NCBI GenBank assembly: GCA_964057225.1
Contig: OZ059899.1
Coordinates: 14,260,001 to 14,324,000, forward strand
From: Auanema rhodensis
Taxonomy: Eukaryota > Animalia > Nematoda
Reading direction: 5' to 3'
Length of the DNA stretch: 64,000 nt
Shown here piece after piece: positions 28,516 to 51,639 of the stretch; the first letter of the stretch is position 1; every line of letters starts with the position of its first letter. Under the pieces are notes generated by a model. It was not told the DNA's origin, did no database searches, and was given only the letters and a program-made list of their open reading frames with translations. Position numbers and translations under genes: made by a program.

Positions 28516-30939
28516 TTATTTTATTTATATAATTATAGATATCATACGGAAATGTCACGACTTCGTGAATTCATTCGTTTTCATCAGATTCCAAATCCCT
28601 TGCGTCAACGATTGGAAGAATACTTTCAACATGCTTGGTCATATACTAATGGAATTGATATGAATTTGGTAATATATATATAGATATTGTTAATTATATT
28701 AATTATATGTTTATTTTATAGGTATTGAAAGGTTTTCCTGACTGTTTACAAGCGGATATCTGTCTTCATTTGAATCGGAATCTGCTTGTTAATTGTGGAG
28801 CATTCAATGGCAGTACACCGGGATGTTTGAGAGCTTTGAGTATGAGGTTAGCTATATTTTCATATAATTATTAAAATAAAAAATAAAAAATAATATATAA
28901 TATATAATTTATTTTAGATTTCGAACAACTCATGCCCCACCTGGCGATACTCTAGTGCATCGAGGTGATATTCTGACCGGCTTACATTTTATTGCCCGAG
29001 GCAGTGTTGAAATTTTGAATGATGACAATACTGTTATGGGAATACTTGGTAATTTTTTTGTTATATAACTAACTATATATATGTAATACTAAAAATATTC
29101 AGGAAAAGATGATATATTCGGAGAAAATCCAGTTCTATATGATGAAGTCGGCAAATCATCATGTAATGTACGGGCTTTAACCTATTGTGATCTTCATAAA
29201 ATTCTCAGGTATATTATAGATTATACATATCATAACTGATTTCATTATAATCTGTTTTAGGGATGATCTGCTGGACGTGTTGGATATGTATCCAGAATTT
29301 GCAGAAAATTTCTGTAAAAATCTTACAATCACATATAATCTGCGTGATGAAACACAAAGTACTCGAAAGAAGTTCGATCGACATAAGTTGTTGCGCATGA
29401 GTTCATCCAATCGGGAACGACCCGTTGGATCCGAAAGTAAGCTTACCTCATAAACATTGTTTTTCTCTTTCTCTCTCTCACACAAGAAAACGGACTGCTT
29501 ATATCATATTCATTTTCAGAAATTGAATGTTCATCAACCACGACAATGGATCGCACACGACGTAGCGGTACAGATTCCGTTTCACGAACGGACTCCAATC
29601 CGATAGATCGTCGTACATCTGGTGGTATGTTTTCCATTTAATTCTATTATTATTATTATCTTCTTCTTCTTCTTCTTCTTTATAAAATTCTATCTATTAT
29701 CCTATTCTTTAAATAGTATTTCTGTTTCTTTCCTATCAATCTATCAATCTATCATTTTCATTTCTTTCTTTCCTTTATTTCTAATTATGTTTTTTATCAT
29801 TATCATCAGCTATTATTTTCCAAACAATTCAAATATTAACTATGCTGATTATAATGTAATTAGATAAAAAACATAATTTCTATTTACTTCTAACACTTTT
29901 TTTTCTTCTAACACTAAAATATTTGTATTATAGATAATGCTCGAAATGAGATTTATCTGTATGTACTTCTTCAGATAAACAACATCATTAACTATATTTT
30001 GTTGTCTCATTTCGACTTATTATAATACAATTTAACTATATTATTTATATTTCTTTATCATTTATCTATCAAGACTTCTGACTGTGCTTGTAATTGTGAT
30101 TGTATACGTATTGGTATTGGTATTAGCTGTGTATCTTCTGTATCTATTAGGCTTTTCCTCGTCTTGTGCACAATTCAGTTGTAACTCATCTACTTCGTCT
30201 TCAAATTCTTCTACTTATGTACTGTACACTCCCTGCAACTAACGGCACTGTGTCATTTAACTTTCACTAGCACAACCACACTTTGCACTTCATTCAACCA
30301 GTCAGCTTTAAGCAGTTTCTCCTTTTAATCTTTACGGTTCATGATTATTAGATTACTTCTTTTAGATACAAAAATATCTTGTTAAGCTTAATACACAAGC
30401 TTTCAATTTTTATTTTGCTTGCCACAAAGCTTCAAGTTTCTAATATTTTTCTTACTAGCGAGAAACTTGTCTTAATGCTGCCTGTTGCTCCTCTCTTTAC
30501 CTCCTCCTCTCTCCTAACTCCGCTTTGCTACAATAGGCCCTCTCTCACCCCCTCTATTTCTCTCCTTTTTAAACACTATTTCTTTTAATTCGCTTCATTT
30601 TTAACACTTTTAAAGTTTATTTTTATTTGTTTGTAATTGCAAAACAGTAAGAACGCTGTGTAACAGGTTCATATCGCTACTCACCACCTCATCGAACGGA
30701 GATGACTCCAGTGCCACGACGGCATGGTGGCATCGCTGCCGACGACGACGACAATGTCTTCGAGGATATACGTGCTTTCAGTCGAGGCAATACCGTCACC
30801 TTGCCTCAGTGCATTCAAGATTATGGTCTGTCCAGATCTCCATTAGGTCCAGTAGTTCTTTGTATTTATGTTCCTTGTTATATATTTATATATATTACCA
30901 GAATAAGTGTCTCTCTCACTCTTTGTTTCTGCTCTCTTC

Positions 30940-31025
<86 letters not shown>

Positions 31026-31373
31026 TATTTTCTATATCTCTATTTCTCCAGGTCACTCTTCTTCTCTCTAACTATTTTACTTTTGGAAATCTGTTTAAGA
31101 TCAGTGAACTAAATATTTAACAAATATCTTGTTTCAACTAATTTCGAACTTGAAAAGTTTTATTTTAGAATTTATTTGATTTGAAGTTTTCAAATATTCA
31201 TGTGGTTGCGTGTTTTTTCCTCGATTTCACAGTTTAACAGTTTTTCTAATGTCAATGCACAAACATAACTCAATAACTAATTTTCACCAATGACTAAGCT
31301 AAAAAAACAGAATTTCTTATGATTCGTCTTAATCTCTCTGTATCAATCTTTGTTTTCATATATCTCTCTCTCA

Positions 31374-31422
<49 letters not shown>

Positions 31423-33265
31423 TCTATGACTATGGCTCATAGAAAAAAAACAAATTAAGTTTAAATTATGAATGTTAACTTAAAACTATTTAGGTGAAAC
31501 GGAAAAAGAACGTGATCAGGAAATGAGATTAAGTCAGATGAGTCGACGACTTGAAACTATTGAATGGTGAGTATCATTCAACTTAAGCTTTTATCATTAT
31601 ATGTTCTTATTTTCAGTGTTGTTGATCGTATGCAAACTTCAATAAATTCAAATTTCGAACGTCTATTCCTTGGCTTAAAGGAAATTGGGCGTGCACCTTC
31701 CAATCAAGGTAAGAGTAATTTTAATTTTTCTTTTTGAAGTTGTTGAACAATCAACTCTACTAAGTTAGCATATAATGGTTTATTATTAATATATATATAT
31801 ATAGTATATTATATATATTTTAATATATAAAATTATAAAATATAAAAAACAAATAACATTAAAATGATCGAAAATGTTTTAAGCATTTCATATTTGTTTA
31901 TGAAATATGTAAAAACAACAACAACAAACAACAACAATATTTTCTTAACTTAAGTTTTATAAAGTTTCAAGTTGATTTTATACCTTTCCTTTCGTTATTT
32001 CTTTACTTTCTTTCTTTTTTTTATATGTGTTTGTTTATTTCCATATTTCGCCATCACACACATACACATAGCACGTATATACTATATGCTTTTCAATATT
32101 TAGAATTAAAATATTATTATTTATAATTATTAAAATATTAAAATATATTTTTTTGATATAATTTATTCAAAAAAAGTTGTTATTTTGTTGCTGTATAACT
32201 GATTTTTCTTTGCTTGTACAGATAGGGTTGACACATCAACCCCTACCCAGCCTATTAACTGATTATACATTCCTCATTCTATCAACAGTCGTGGTACGTT
32301 CATCTGATGTCCTATTTCTTTACTTAACAATGCATGATATGCTGATATGTGAATGATCTATGCATTACTTGATGTGAATTCATCTAATCTCAATTCTTTG
32401 TTTGTTTGTTTGTTTGTTTGTTTATGTTTTTCATCATATTCTCAAAGCATCATTTCTCTTAAGTTTCTGATGATTACTAACAACTAAATGCTGAAAAGAT
32501 TGAAGAATAATGAATGAGATATAGCGTTATGTATACTAGTCTCAGATTCTCAAGCTTATAGCTACATCCAACTTCTAATGCATGTTAATAAGTGTTCCCT
32601 CATAAATAAAAATAAATGTGTGAGAAATGATAAATCTAAAGAAATATAAAAAAAAACAAATAAATTATTTAATTATATGTATAAAACTATACATAGTATA
32701 TAGTTTAATACATTTTTAAATAATATATTTTCATATTCATTTCATATGAACACATCTACATATGACACAAGAGGTAGCATTGATCATTGATATTTACTAA
32801 CTCAAAACATCTTTCAAATAAACTATTTATGCATGTTCATATAGAATGTTAACAATATCATGCAAATGGATTTGTATTATTTTAGTTCTTAATGCATAAT
32901 ATATAATTAGGATGAATATTATAATTCAGTTTATTTATTTATTTTGTTTTTTTTTTTCATTTTTTTGATTTAGTTTTAGAAGAGTTTTTGAGCAAAAAAA
33001 TGTAAACAAAAACAACAAAATTTGAAATATATTTTATATATAATAAATATTTTATTTTTATATTTTATTATTAAAATTATATTCTTTAGATTATTCCTCA
33101 ATAAACTCTGACGGAGTACGACCTCGTCGTGTTGTAATAAATTCGGGTGAAACAGTTCGTCTTCCTAATGGTGGAGAAGAGATTCGTGTTAGTCGATTAA
33201 GTAGTCATGAGCCAACAGCCCGAACTCCTCTTACAACTGATACAGATACTGATACACTTCTTTAA
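23920..33265 (+). CDS. unc-103: ERG/KCNH voltage-gated K+ channel, common body (19 exons, ~720 aa); no PAS-domain exon seen in the window
   Basis: Phase-consistent GT-AG exons: 23920-24002, 26296-26389, 26441-26566, 26656-26769, 26855-26928, 27007-27146, 27819-27938, 28175-28243, 28322-28391, 28539-28668, 28722-28846, 28918-29048, 29103-29208, 29261-29436, 29520-29624, 30667-30825 (or 30846), 31494-31566, 31617-31708, 33090-33265. Translation includes [24 protein letters not shown] (S1), [20 protein letters not shown] (S4), TSIGFGNVS (ERG filter), C-linker [37 protein letters not shown] and C-terminal ...DTDTLL*. Confidence 0.97.
26127..26140. promoter_or_regulatory. CRE within a 14-bp palindrome ATATGACGTCATAT
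   Basis: Direct sequence match in an unc-103 intron. Confidence 0.4.
28007..28074. promoter_or_regulatory. intronic cluster of ACGTGA/TCACGTGA motifs (five exact copies plus one variant; last three at 11-bp period)
   Basis: tacgtga...tacgtgaacttcacatga...ttacgtgaagctcacgtgaagctcacgtga, in the intron that splits the selectivity-filter codons. Confidence 0.55.
28460..28512. repeat. (TA)n microsatellite
   Basis: About 26 uninterrupted TA units in an unc-103 intron. Confidence 0.95.
30947..31021 (+). repeat. (CT)n microsatellite, the longest pure tract I noted among dozens of CT/GA tracts in 0-57 kb
   Basis: About 37 uninterrupted TC units. Confidence 0.95.
32222..32262 (+). CDS. unc-103: candidate alternative terminal exon of unc-103 ([13 protein letters not shown])
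   Basis: Pyrimidine tract plus tacag| at 32221, read in phase 1 from the 31708 donor; TGA at 32260-32262; tandem AATAAA at 32605-32616. Confidence 0.35.
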
Positions 33266-34041
33266 ACAAAACAGTCGGTTAGTTGATTTTCTTTAACTAA
33301 AAACTTTAAAACTTAAAGCATTATGCTTGAAGAAGATACATTTGAGAGAAAAGCTTAATATACATATGACACAGTTGTTGCTGTTATTAAATCTAATTTT
33401 TGGAAACTCTTGTTAATTTCTATAGAAAATACATTTTTCCTTTTTATTTTCTAAAAATTCATTTTATCTTATTTCAGAGTTTTCTACAATATTCGACATC
33501 ACACATGTGCCACACTTCGATTACGGTCATACATAATTTATCAGAAGCCAGCACCTCATGCTTCTTTTGTCTATTATTTTCCTCATTTTTTTGTATTTTA
33601 TTCATGTTTTCCTCAACATTCATTTAACAGATTTTAATTGATATTACTCGGTGAAAAACCTTTTTTTCCATATTCCCTTCTTCTCTCCTTCTTACTTTCT
33701 CTCTCTCTCCCTCCTCTCTCTCTCACTCTCTCACTCTCACTCTCTCTCTCTCTTTATCTCGTCCCTCCCCCCACCAATCTCTCTCTCTCTCTGTTTCTCA
33801 TCTTTCCATCCTGACAAGGTATGATTATCATTATAGTTAATTCAATCTTTGATTGAAAACGTATGAGAAAATTATCTTTAAAAGGCGAAAATCTAGATAT
33901 TACTGTAGAAAATATTTTTCTTTTCTTACTTAACCCGAGTACTTTCTACATACGATGCTCCATATTATCCGTTTTGTTTTCTAAAATTTCTAGGAAATAC
34001 TCTCGCCTTCTCCTATTATATATATATATATATATTTCTTT

Positions 34042-34092
<51 letters not shown>

Positions 34093-34909
34093 TTCATACG
34101 TTTAACCACCCCTTAGCTTGCTATAAAACCAAAGAATTTTCATATATAGTTGAATGAGAATTAAAGTTTTTCGTTTCGATCTCCTGTTTCCCGGCGTGCC
34201 AAATTTGTTTTTGAAATTCAAAATTTTAATTTTTTTCCAATTTTTAGTTACATTTATCTAGAAAATTCATAATCATAAATCCTTTTCTCTCTCTTTCTCT
34301 CTCTTTCTCTCTCTCTCTCTCACTCACTCTTTCGTTCTCTCTCTCCCTCTTCCTGTCTATCTTCTCTTTTCCTAATCTTTCAAAACTTGGTTTTTCTTTA
34401 ATCTTCAGAACATAGGTGACACATCGTATACATATATGATATAAAATATTTAAATTTATTATTATAAGCACATTTTATCATTTTTCCGTACGGGTTTCCC
34501 CTACCTTACCTGATTGTCTTCGTAAGTACCATCATCCGTTTTCCTGTTCCCGTCCTCCTCATTATGTCTTTAGCTTAGAGATCTTCCCTCCACCCTTCTA
34601 TCCTGCCTTTGGTTACAACTCTCTATTCCCTTTGACCCCGCCCCCCCCCCTCCTCTCACCCGCCCAATTTCATGATTTTAGTTGATACCTTCTCCCTCCC
34701 ACTCCCACAAATACTTATAACAAGTTCAAAAATTTTTATTTTTATTCGTTTTTCAAAATATTTTTAAAATTTTTTTTCAATACCAAATGTTTGAAAAACT
34801 CAGAGACAAAGCCACCATTCTATTCTCTTTCAAATTCAGTTTTTCGTGTTTTATTTTTTCTGTCAAAGAATATAATGATTTTTGTAGATGAAATTTATAT
34901 AAATTTTTA

Positions 34910-34952
34910 AATAAATTTTTATAATAAAATTATATTTTTATTTAATTTTATT
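34910..34952. terminator. opposed poly(A) signals of convergent unc-103 (+) and ckk-1 (-)
   Basis: AATAAA at 34910 and 34923 (+); TTTATT at 34937 and 34947 (AATAAA on -). The purine/pyrimidine skew flips here. Confidence 0.5.
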
Positions 34953-35393
34953 AAAAATAAAATATGTTACAACTTTAGAACATATCCAGTTCCAGTTGTT
35001 TCAACTAATGGTATAGTTAGCTTAGCAACCAAGCTCTTTCTCATCATGCTTTTAACAGCAAACACTACGTTTTCATTAAAGCTAAGTAAGTAAAAAATAA
35101 AATAATAAACAATAATATTTATATGAAAAAAAGCAAAATTTGAACATATTCGACGAAAAAATAGTAATGTCACATAAGAGGCAAATAGTCAATGAGCTTG
35201 GGAATGTAAATATATGAGAAAATATAAATAATTTTATATTATTAAATATTTAATAAAACCAGAACAAATGATAAATTAAAAATTTTCTTTTTTTTTTGTT
35301 TCCTTTTTAAGAAAAAAATGTCACAAAAGATATTTTTAAGATCTTCTAAGGCACTTACTCTATAATGAGATCCTTTGTTAAACCAGTAATAGC

Positions 35394-35395
<2 letters not shown>

Positions 35396-35449
<54 letters not shown>
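35396..35449 (+). repeat. (GA)n microsatellite in the ckk-1 3' region (CT on the sense strand)
   Basis: About 27 GA units. Confidence 0.9.
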
Positions 35450-35452
<3 letters not shown>

Positions 35453-35745
35453 GGAAAAACGAGGGATGATAGGAAGAAAAGCGAAAAAAAAGTGGAAAGA
35501 AGTATTCTTATGTATTTTGAATTTGAAAATCTTAGAAAATTGAAATTTCAATATGTATGTGATGAGAGTAAAATACAAAAATTTTGCACAGAAAGCTGAA
35601 TATTTTAAAAAATCGAAGACACAATTTGAAATGATAGAAAGATATTTGAAACTAATCATGAATTACAAAAAAAATATTTTATGATTGAAGAAAATAATTT
35701 GAAAAACTAATTTCTGATAGCGAAATCTTCTGGTAGCCTCCTTCT

Positions 35746-45575
<9,830 letters not shown>

Positions 45576-47111
45576 CCTGAAAACAATAATAATAAATACA
45601 TAGATATAGATAGAGAAATATAAATATAAAAATTGTAATAGAAGATATAAGATGGTTGTCTTCATTTTCAAACAAAAAAAAGGTAAAGGAGGGGATGAAT
45701 AATACAATTGAAAGTGCTACAGAGAGAATGTGAAGATTGAAAGTTCATACTATAGTTCGTAGAATAGAATTTATAGTAAATACATCTGAGTAATATATAA
45801 ATACATAGTTAAGTTTAATTATTTTAAATTTTATTAAAATATATATCAAATTTAATGAAATAAAAATACGAACTTAATTAACTTGGAAGTGATATAAACG
45901 ACAGAAACCTTTTCAAGTAACTTGTTCAAAGAGAGAGAAAGAGAGAGAAAGAGTTTAAATAATATTTTAGTTTTTGGTCTTGAATGGGAGAAGGATTGTT
46001 ATGTTTTTATATCTGAGATCGTATATTAAAACAGATCAGAATGAGCAGGCTAAAAGGATTTTGGCGATTAAAGCACTACGAGTGAAAAGGAAAACGCGAA
46101 CACCTTCCGAGTACGATTGTCGTGGAAGTTACTATGAATAGTACATATTTTAGTATTTTATAAGAGAAAAGAGTTCAAAATATAGATAATGTTGAGAAAT
46201 AGAATAAGAAATAGAGTGAGAAGAAAAGATTTTATTTAAAAAAAAACAATTAAGTTTAGTGAAAGTGAGTTATGGATCAGCTTTCGCATCAGTGGAATTA
46301 GTTGCCACCCCCTCAAATATATATATATATATAGGAAAGATTAAATGAATTTGATTTTCAAATACATAAAAAACTATACATATAGTTAAATGAATATATA
46401 TATATATATATATACATATGTAATTACATAATAACTATATATGGATGTTTAAGCCAATATAAATAATTAATTTTCCCCCCTTTCTCACTGTCTTTAATTC
46501 TCTTTGACTTCACACTTCACTCAGGGGCTTCCACCAGTTTGTCATCAAAAACTGGCTATTGCATACTCTTATTTCTTCACTTATATCTTTATATAAACTT
46601 CAGTTTGCAAACTTTTGCATCCACCCGCACTTCTAACTCTTCCTACCCTCTCTCTTTCTCTCTCTCGCTCTCTCTCTACTTCCCTGTTTCATATTTCCAA
46701 AAAAGATATTTCATAAAGAAAAAGAATGAAAAGATGAAATATGAGCAGCGATGATAGCTAAAGTTGGATTGTTTTCAGGAAAATTCAAAGATCTCTCGAT
46801 GAGTATGATGAGTACAGTTGTCCACAACGAATACAATCAATCTAATTATTATTGAAATATATTGATTAAGATATATACATACAAAATTTCAGTTAAAAAT
46901 TCAATTTTCGTCGTATTTTGAATATTTTCATTCGAAATATGGCTAAAGGTCATATTACAAGATCACCAGATAGCTACTGCACCTACTTCCACAAAGCCAG
47001 TATGCATCTACTTCTATTTCAAATATACATTCACTTTTATATGGATTACATGACGAATTTTGAAGAAACAAGACCAAGAGAGATCGCTAGACTAAGATAT
47101 AGAGAGAGAGG

Positions 47112-47144
<33 letters not shown>

Positions 47145-48451
47145 GGGGGGGGAGAGAGACAGTTGTGTATTCATGGGTAATCAAAAAGAGAAGAACGTTA
47201 AAATACCAATTCGGAGCACATTTTTGACAAAATAGATTGAAAAATAAGCATTTCGTAGTCAAACTACCAGCAAAGCATATAGTAATTGAAACGAAAAAAA
47301 AACATATGAAATAGTAAGAGATAGAGATAGGCAAAGTACCAAAAAAAGTCTGATTGCACTATCTAGTTATGAAAATTAGCAAGAAAATTCACGCAATTTT
47401 TCTTCTTTTTTTTTTTAAAAATATGAATATTATAAAAAAATAATAATTAAATAGATAGATAGATAGATAGATGGATAGATAAATGGATGATTAACAAGAA
47501 ATAAAAAATAAAATATTGAACATGGATGACGTAATTTGGTAAATGGGTGTTTAGCATGGCTATTAGCCATATATACATATAGTTAAAAAAAGAAAATATA
47601 ATAGTAAAGATATTAATAGACTTGAATAACTTTCAACATAAATGAAATCAAATGATTTATAATTAGTTATCATGATCATTCGGGTCATTCCCTCCCCCTC
47701 CCCCTTGATTCTACTCCCTCGTTTTCTCTCAATGGACGACGGTCACAACGGCGATGTCGACTTAGGCAACAACAAAGTTTGACGACGACGACAACGACGA
47801 CATTGATGTAAGCGAGACGTAGAAGTACGAATTTCGGGCATATTTCTTTCAAAAGAATCTAAGTTCTTTCAGAAACTTGTGCTTAACAATCATGCAGAAG
47901 TAAAAGTAGAAGAGGAATAAGAAAACGGAAATAGATTCATAGTAAATACATACAACATCCAGCAGTCACATGAAGTTTTCTACTTATCCATCACAGATGA
48001 TGTTACAATTGAGTGAAAAAGTGCGTTTATTACAAGAATTGATAAGTATGAACATCATGTGAAAGTATAATCGTTGTTGAAAAATCAGTTTTTTTTGCTT
48101 ATTTTCATCTATATTTAGCTTAGTTGACAGGCTTGACAGGAAACGATTGTGTGCCCTTATACGATTGAAAAATATAAAAAAATATATTCAAAAATATTAT
48201 TATTACATCATTATAGTTGATTATACTCATAATAATATAAATTTAAATTATTCAAGTAATATAAAATAAAAAAGAAAATATAAGAAAATGGTTTTTTGAT
48301 CTACATTATATTGATTTTTAGAAATAGAAAAGATGACACAAAAGTTTACTTTATTTATATTTTTATTATTACTATTCGATTATTTGATAACAACAATTTT
48401 ATAATATTGTTTAGAATAGAGAGAAATGTCAGGGAGAGAGAAAGAGAGAGA

Positions 48452-48467
48452 GGGGGGGGGGGGGGGG
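48452..48467 (+). repeat. G16 homopolymer (G-quadruplex capable)
   Basis: 16 consecutive G. Confidence 0.85.
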
Positions 48468-51200
48468 TGAAGGGAGAGATTGGAAATAAGCAGGAAGGAT
48501 GGAAGGGAAGACTAGCTCTGATTTGGAGAAAGTAGCAAAAACCGGGAGAAGGAATGAATACGAAATAAGTCACGACTGCCATCATGATTCGAGAAAGAGA
48601 CGAAGAAAAAAAAAGGAAGAAGCAGATAGTAAACTGCTAGATTGGAAGAAAAAGCCACTTAGAGTGAGAAAATGTGGCTTTTTAAGCTTAATAGACATAT
48701 CGGCTACATGGCGGTAGTTCGAAAAAATAAAAAAAAAATAAAAATACGAAATAGAAATTAGTCTCATAACCAAAGAAGTAACATCTGTGTACATGCACAT
48801 ACTATTCTTTCAATAAAAAAGTTTGAAAGAGTGTGTATGTGTATATGTGAGGGAGGAAGGAAGGGTGGAACCGTTTGAAACATCTGGGCTTAATGACATT
48901 CCCAATATTTTTGCTTAAAATGCTTTTTTGAGGAACAGAGAGAAAGAGATAAAGAGAGAGAAGGGGACTGAAAAGAAACTACGCAGAACTGATTGATAGA
49001 TTTTTGTGGTCAGAAAGAGAATTGTTGAGCTTGATAAGGCTTCAAGTTAGTATTTGCTGCTTTTTTCATCATTTTAAGCAAAGTTTATGGATGAATACGA
49101 CAATGAAAGAGATTGAATAGAGAGAGGGCGATAGAGAATACCAAGTGGGGGGAGAAGAGGGATTATAACGATAATAAATAGGTAAATTGGGATTAAAAAA
49201 CCAAATAGGAGGAGGAAAATGAGAGAGAAAGAGAGAAATAAATGGTAAAAAGATAGATTATACGGAGAAAAAATGAAAAAGTTGATATGAGATCCGGAAT
49301 GAATGAGATGAAGCTGAAGAAGAGATACATTGGAATTGTTTCTGATGAACATAAAGCAACTTTGTCAAACCTTCTTAGCACGTTCACTTCAAGAGCGCAT
49401 GAGAGATTGCATCAAAGGATGGAAAAGAAAGAGGAGGAGAGAGAAAGGGAAAGAAAGAGAAAGAGAGAGAAGAAGCTTAAAACTAAAAGAAGACGAGGAG
49501 ACGAATAAATGAGATATGTAAGAGAAGCAGATTATGTGTGTGTATGTATGTGTGTGTGTGTGTGTGTGTGTGTATACGCTGAGTGAGAACATTTCTATAT
49601 ATGGAATATATGAGAGAGACTAGAAAAGAGAGAGCAAACGATAGAAAGAGAGATCAAATGAGAGAGAGAGAGGGAGAAAATGGGAGCAAGAGAGAGAGAG
49701 AGAGAAAGCTTCATCTAGAAATAATCAATGGTTACACCCGAAGCATCGTTGGATAACACTAAGAGAGTCATACTAAAAGAGACATTGAGAGAGAGAGAAA
49801 GAGAGAGAGATAAACTAACTTAAAGAAAATAGTAAATGATAGTTTTGATTTATTATATTATAAATTTATGCCAATGAAAAGAAAAATACATTTAAAAGAG
49901 AAAATACATCAGAAGTCAGTAAAGTAAAATGAAGTTGAATGTCAATTAAATTTTTAAAAGTTTCTCTCTCTCTCTCTCTCTATTAATATCATCCATATCT
50001 TAGTCTCTCCTCCTCGATCTCATATCTTCTTTCATCATATTCAGATGAGAATACGAGAGGTTTCATTCTAGAATTGGTCAGATGGGAAACTCCTTCTACC
50101 AACGGATTGTCTCAATGGAATCAGAAAATTGATGTGACGCTAATACATAGTAAGAGAGTAACTTCGGCATCATGACAAAATTGGAATGAAAAAAGCGTGA
50201 TGATGTCTGGAATCTCCTAGGGATCCTTAACACAAGCTGTGAGCCCGTTGTCTATACTCTAGCCTAATGTTCAACCTTACCGCTATCACTGAGAGTCCCC
50301 TTCTCCCCCTCTCTCCCTCTCTCTTTCTCTCTGTAAACCTTCATCCAGTCGTCTCCCATTCTATATCCTTCTTATTCAATTCCAATTGCATTCCTAACTA
50401 TAAGAACATGAGTATTTATTATATTAAGCTTAACGAAATGAGAGCAAGGGATTTGTTTGTCTTCTGAATATATTTTTTTTCTTTTTTTTTTTTGAAAAGA
50501 GATAAATTGAGATTTCAAATATAAATCGAACAAAGTTTATAACGTAGATACACAGATATGTATCTTTCAAACTGAATTTTTCTAAATTTTGTTTATTGTT
50601 TTGTTAAAAGAAAACATCTAATTTAACAAAAAGAAAAGAAAAGTTTGTATTATAGATTGGAAAATTATTATTTTTATTTACAAATAAAGATGTTCAATTG
50701 TTTTATTTAATAAATAATATTACTATAATTAAAATCGTTTTTAGAATTTTTTTTTGAAGTTAAAATATCTTTCTTTCATTTAATTTTTAATTTATTCTTT
50801 TATTTATATCTTATTATAACTAAATTCTTCATTCAAAAATAGCTATCACATGCTTTCATAATCTCAAATCTGAAGTTCAGGTTGAAGGTTTAAGTGGTAA
50901 GGCTGCTGATTTAACGCCTGATTATACTAATTTCATTCAAATAGCTCAAATGGATTTTGATTTTTTTTCAAAAAAAAAAAGAGGTGAATGTTAAATGGAG
51001 AAATGTCGTAAATTTTCCAAAAATAGTACACAAAGCTGTATTGTACAGAGAATTTGTTATAATCAACAAGTTATTATATTAAAATATAATAACCAAATAA
51101 TATATATTTTCAATTTTCTGGTCTGAAAAAATGATATTCAGGGAAATAAAAAAGGAGGGCGAGTAAGAGAGAGCGAGAGAGACAAGGAGATAGAGAGAAG

Positions 51201-51270
<70 letters not shown>

Positions 51271-51600
51271 AATATACAAATATATGATCTGCTAAAGCAG
51301 GTAAGCGTAATAGATATACAAAGTGTAGAATACAAATCACAAATTTCCATCCAAAATATTTTTTTGTTCGTTTTTGAGGAAAACACATAAATTTTAATAT
51401 AAGTTGGTTTTTCTTTTTTGTTTTTTAAACCTATAATTGGCTGAATGTCATAAAAATGGAATTTAATATGAGTGTTTGAAGTAAATATAGATTATTGAAG
51501 CAAAAAAAAAAAGAAAAAAAAGTAAAAACTGGGGTAAAACGACGACAATTCATATGATCACTACATATAGTATACAGGGAATCTTACACCGTAATATTTG

Positions 51601-51639
<39 letters not shown>

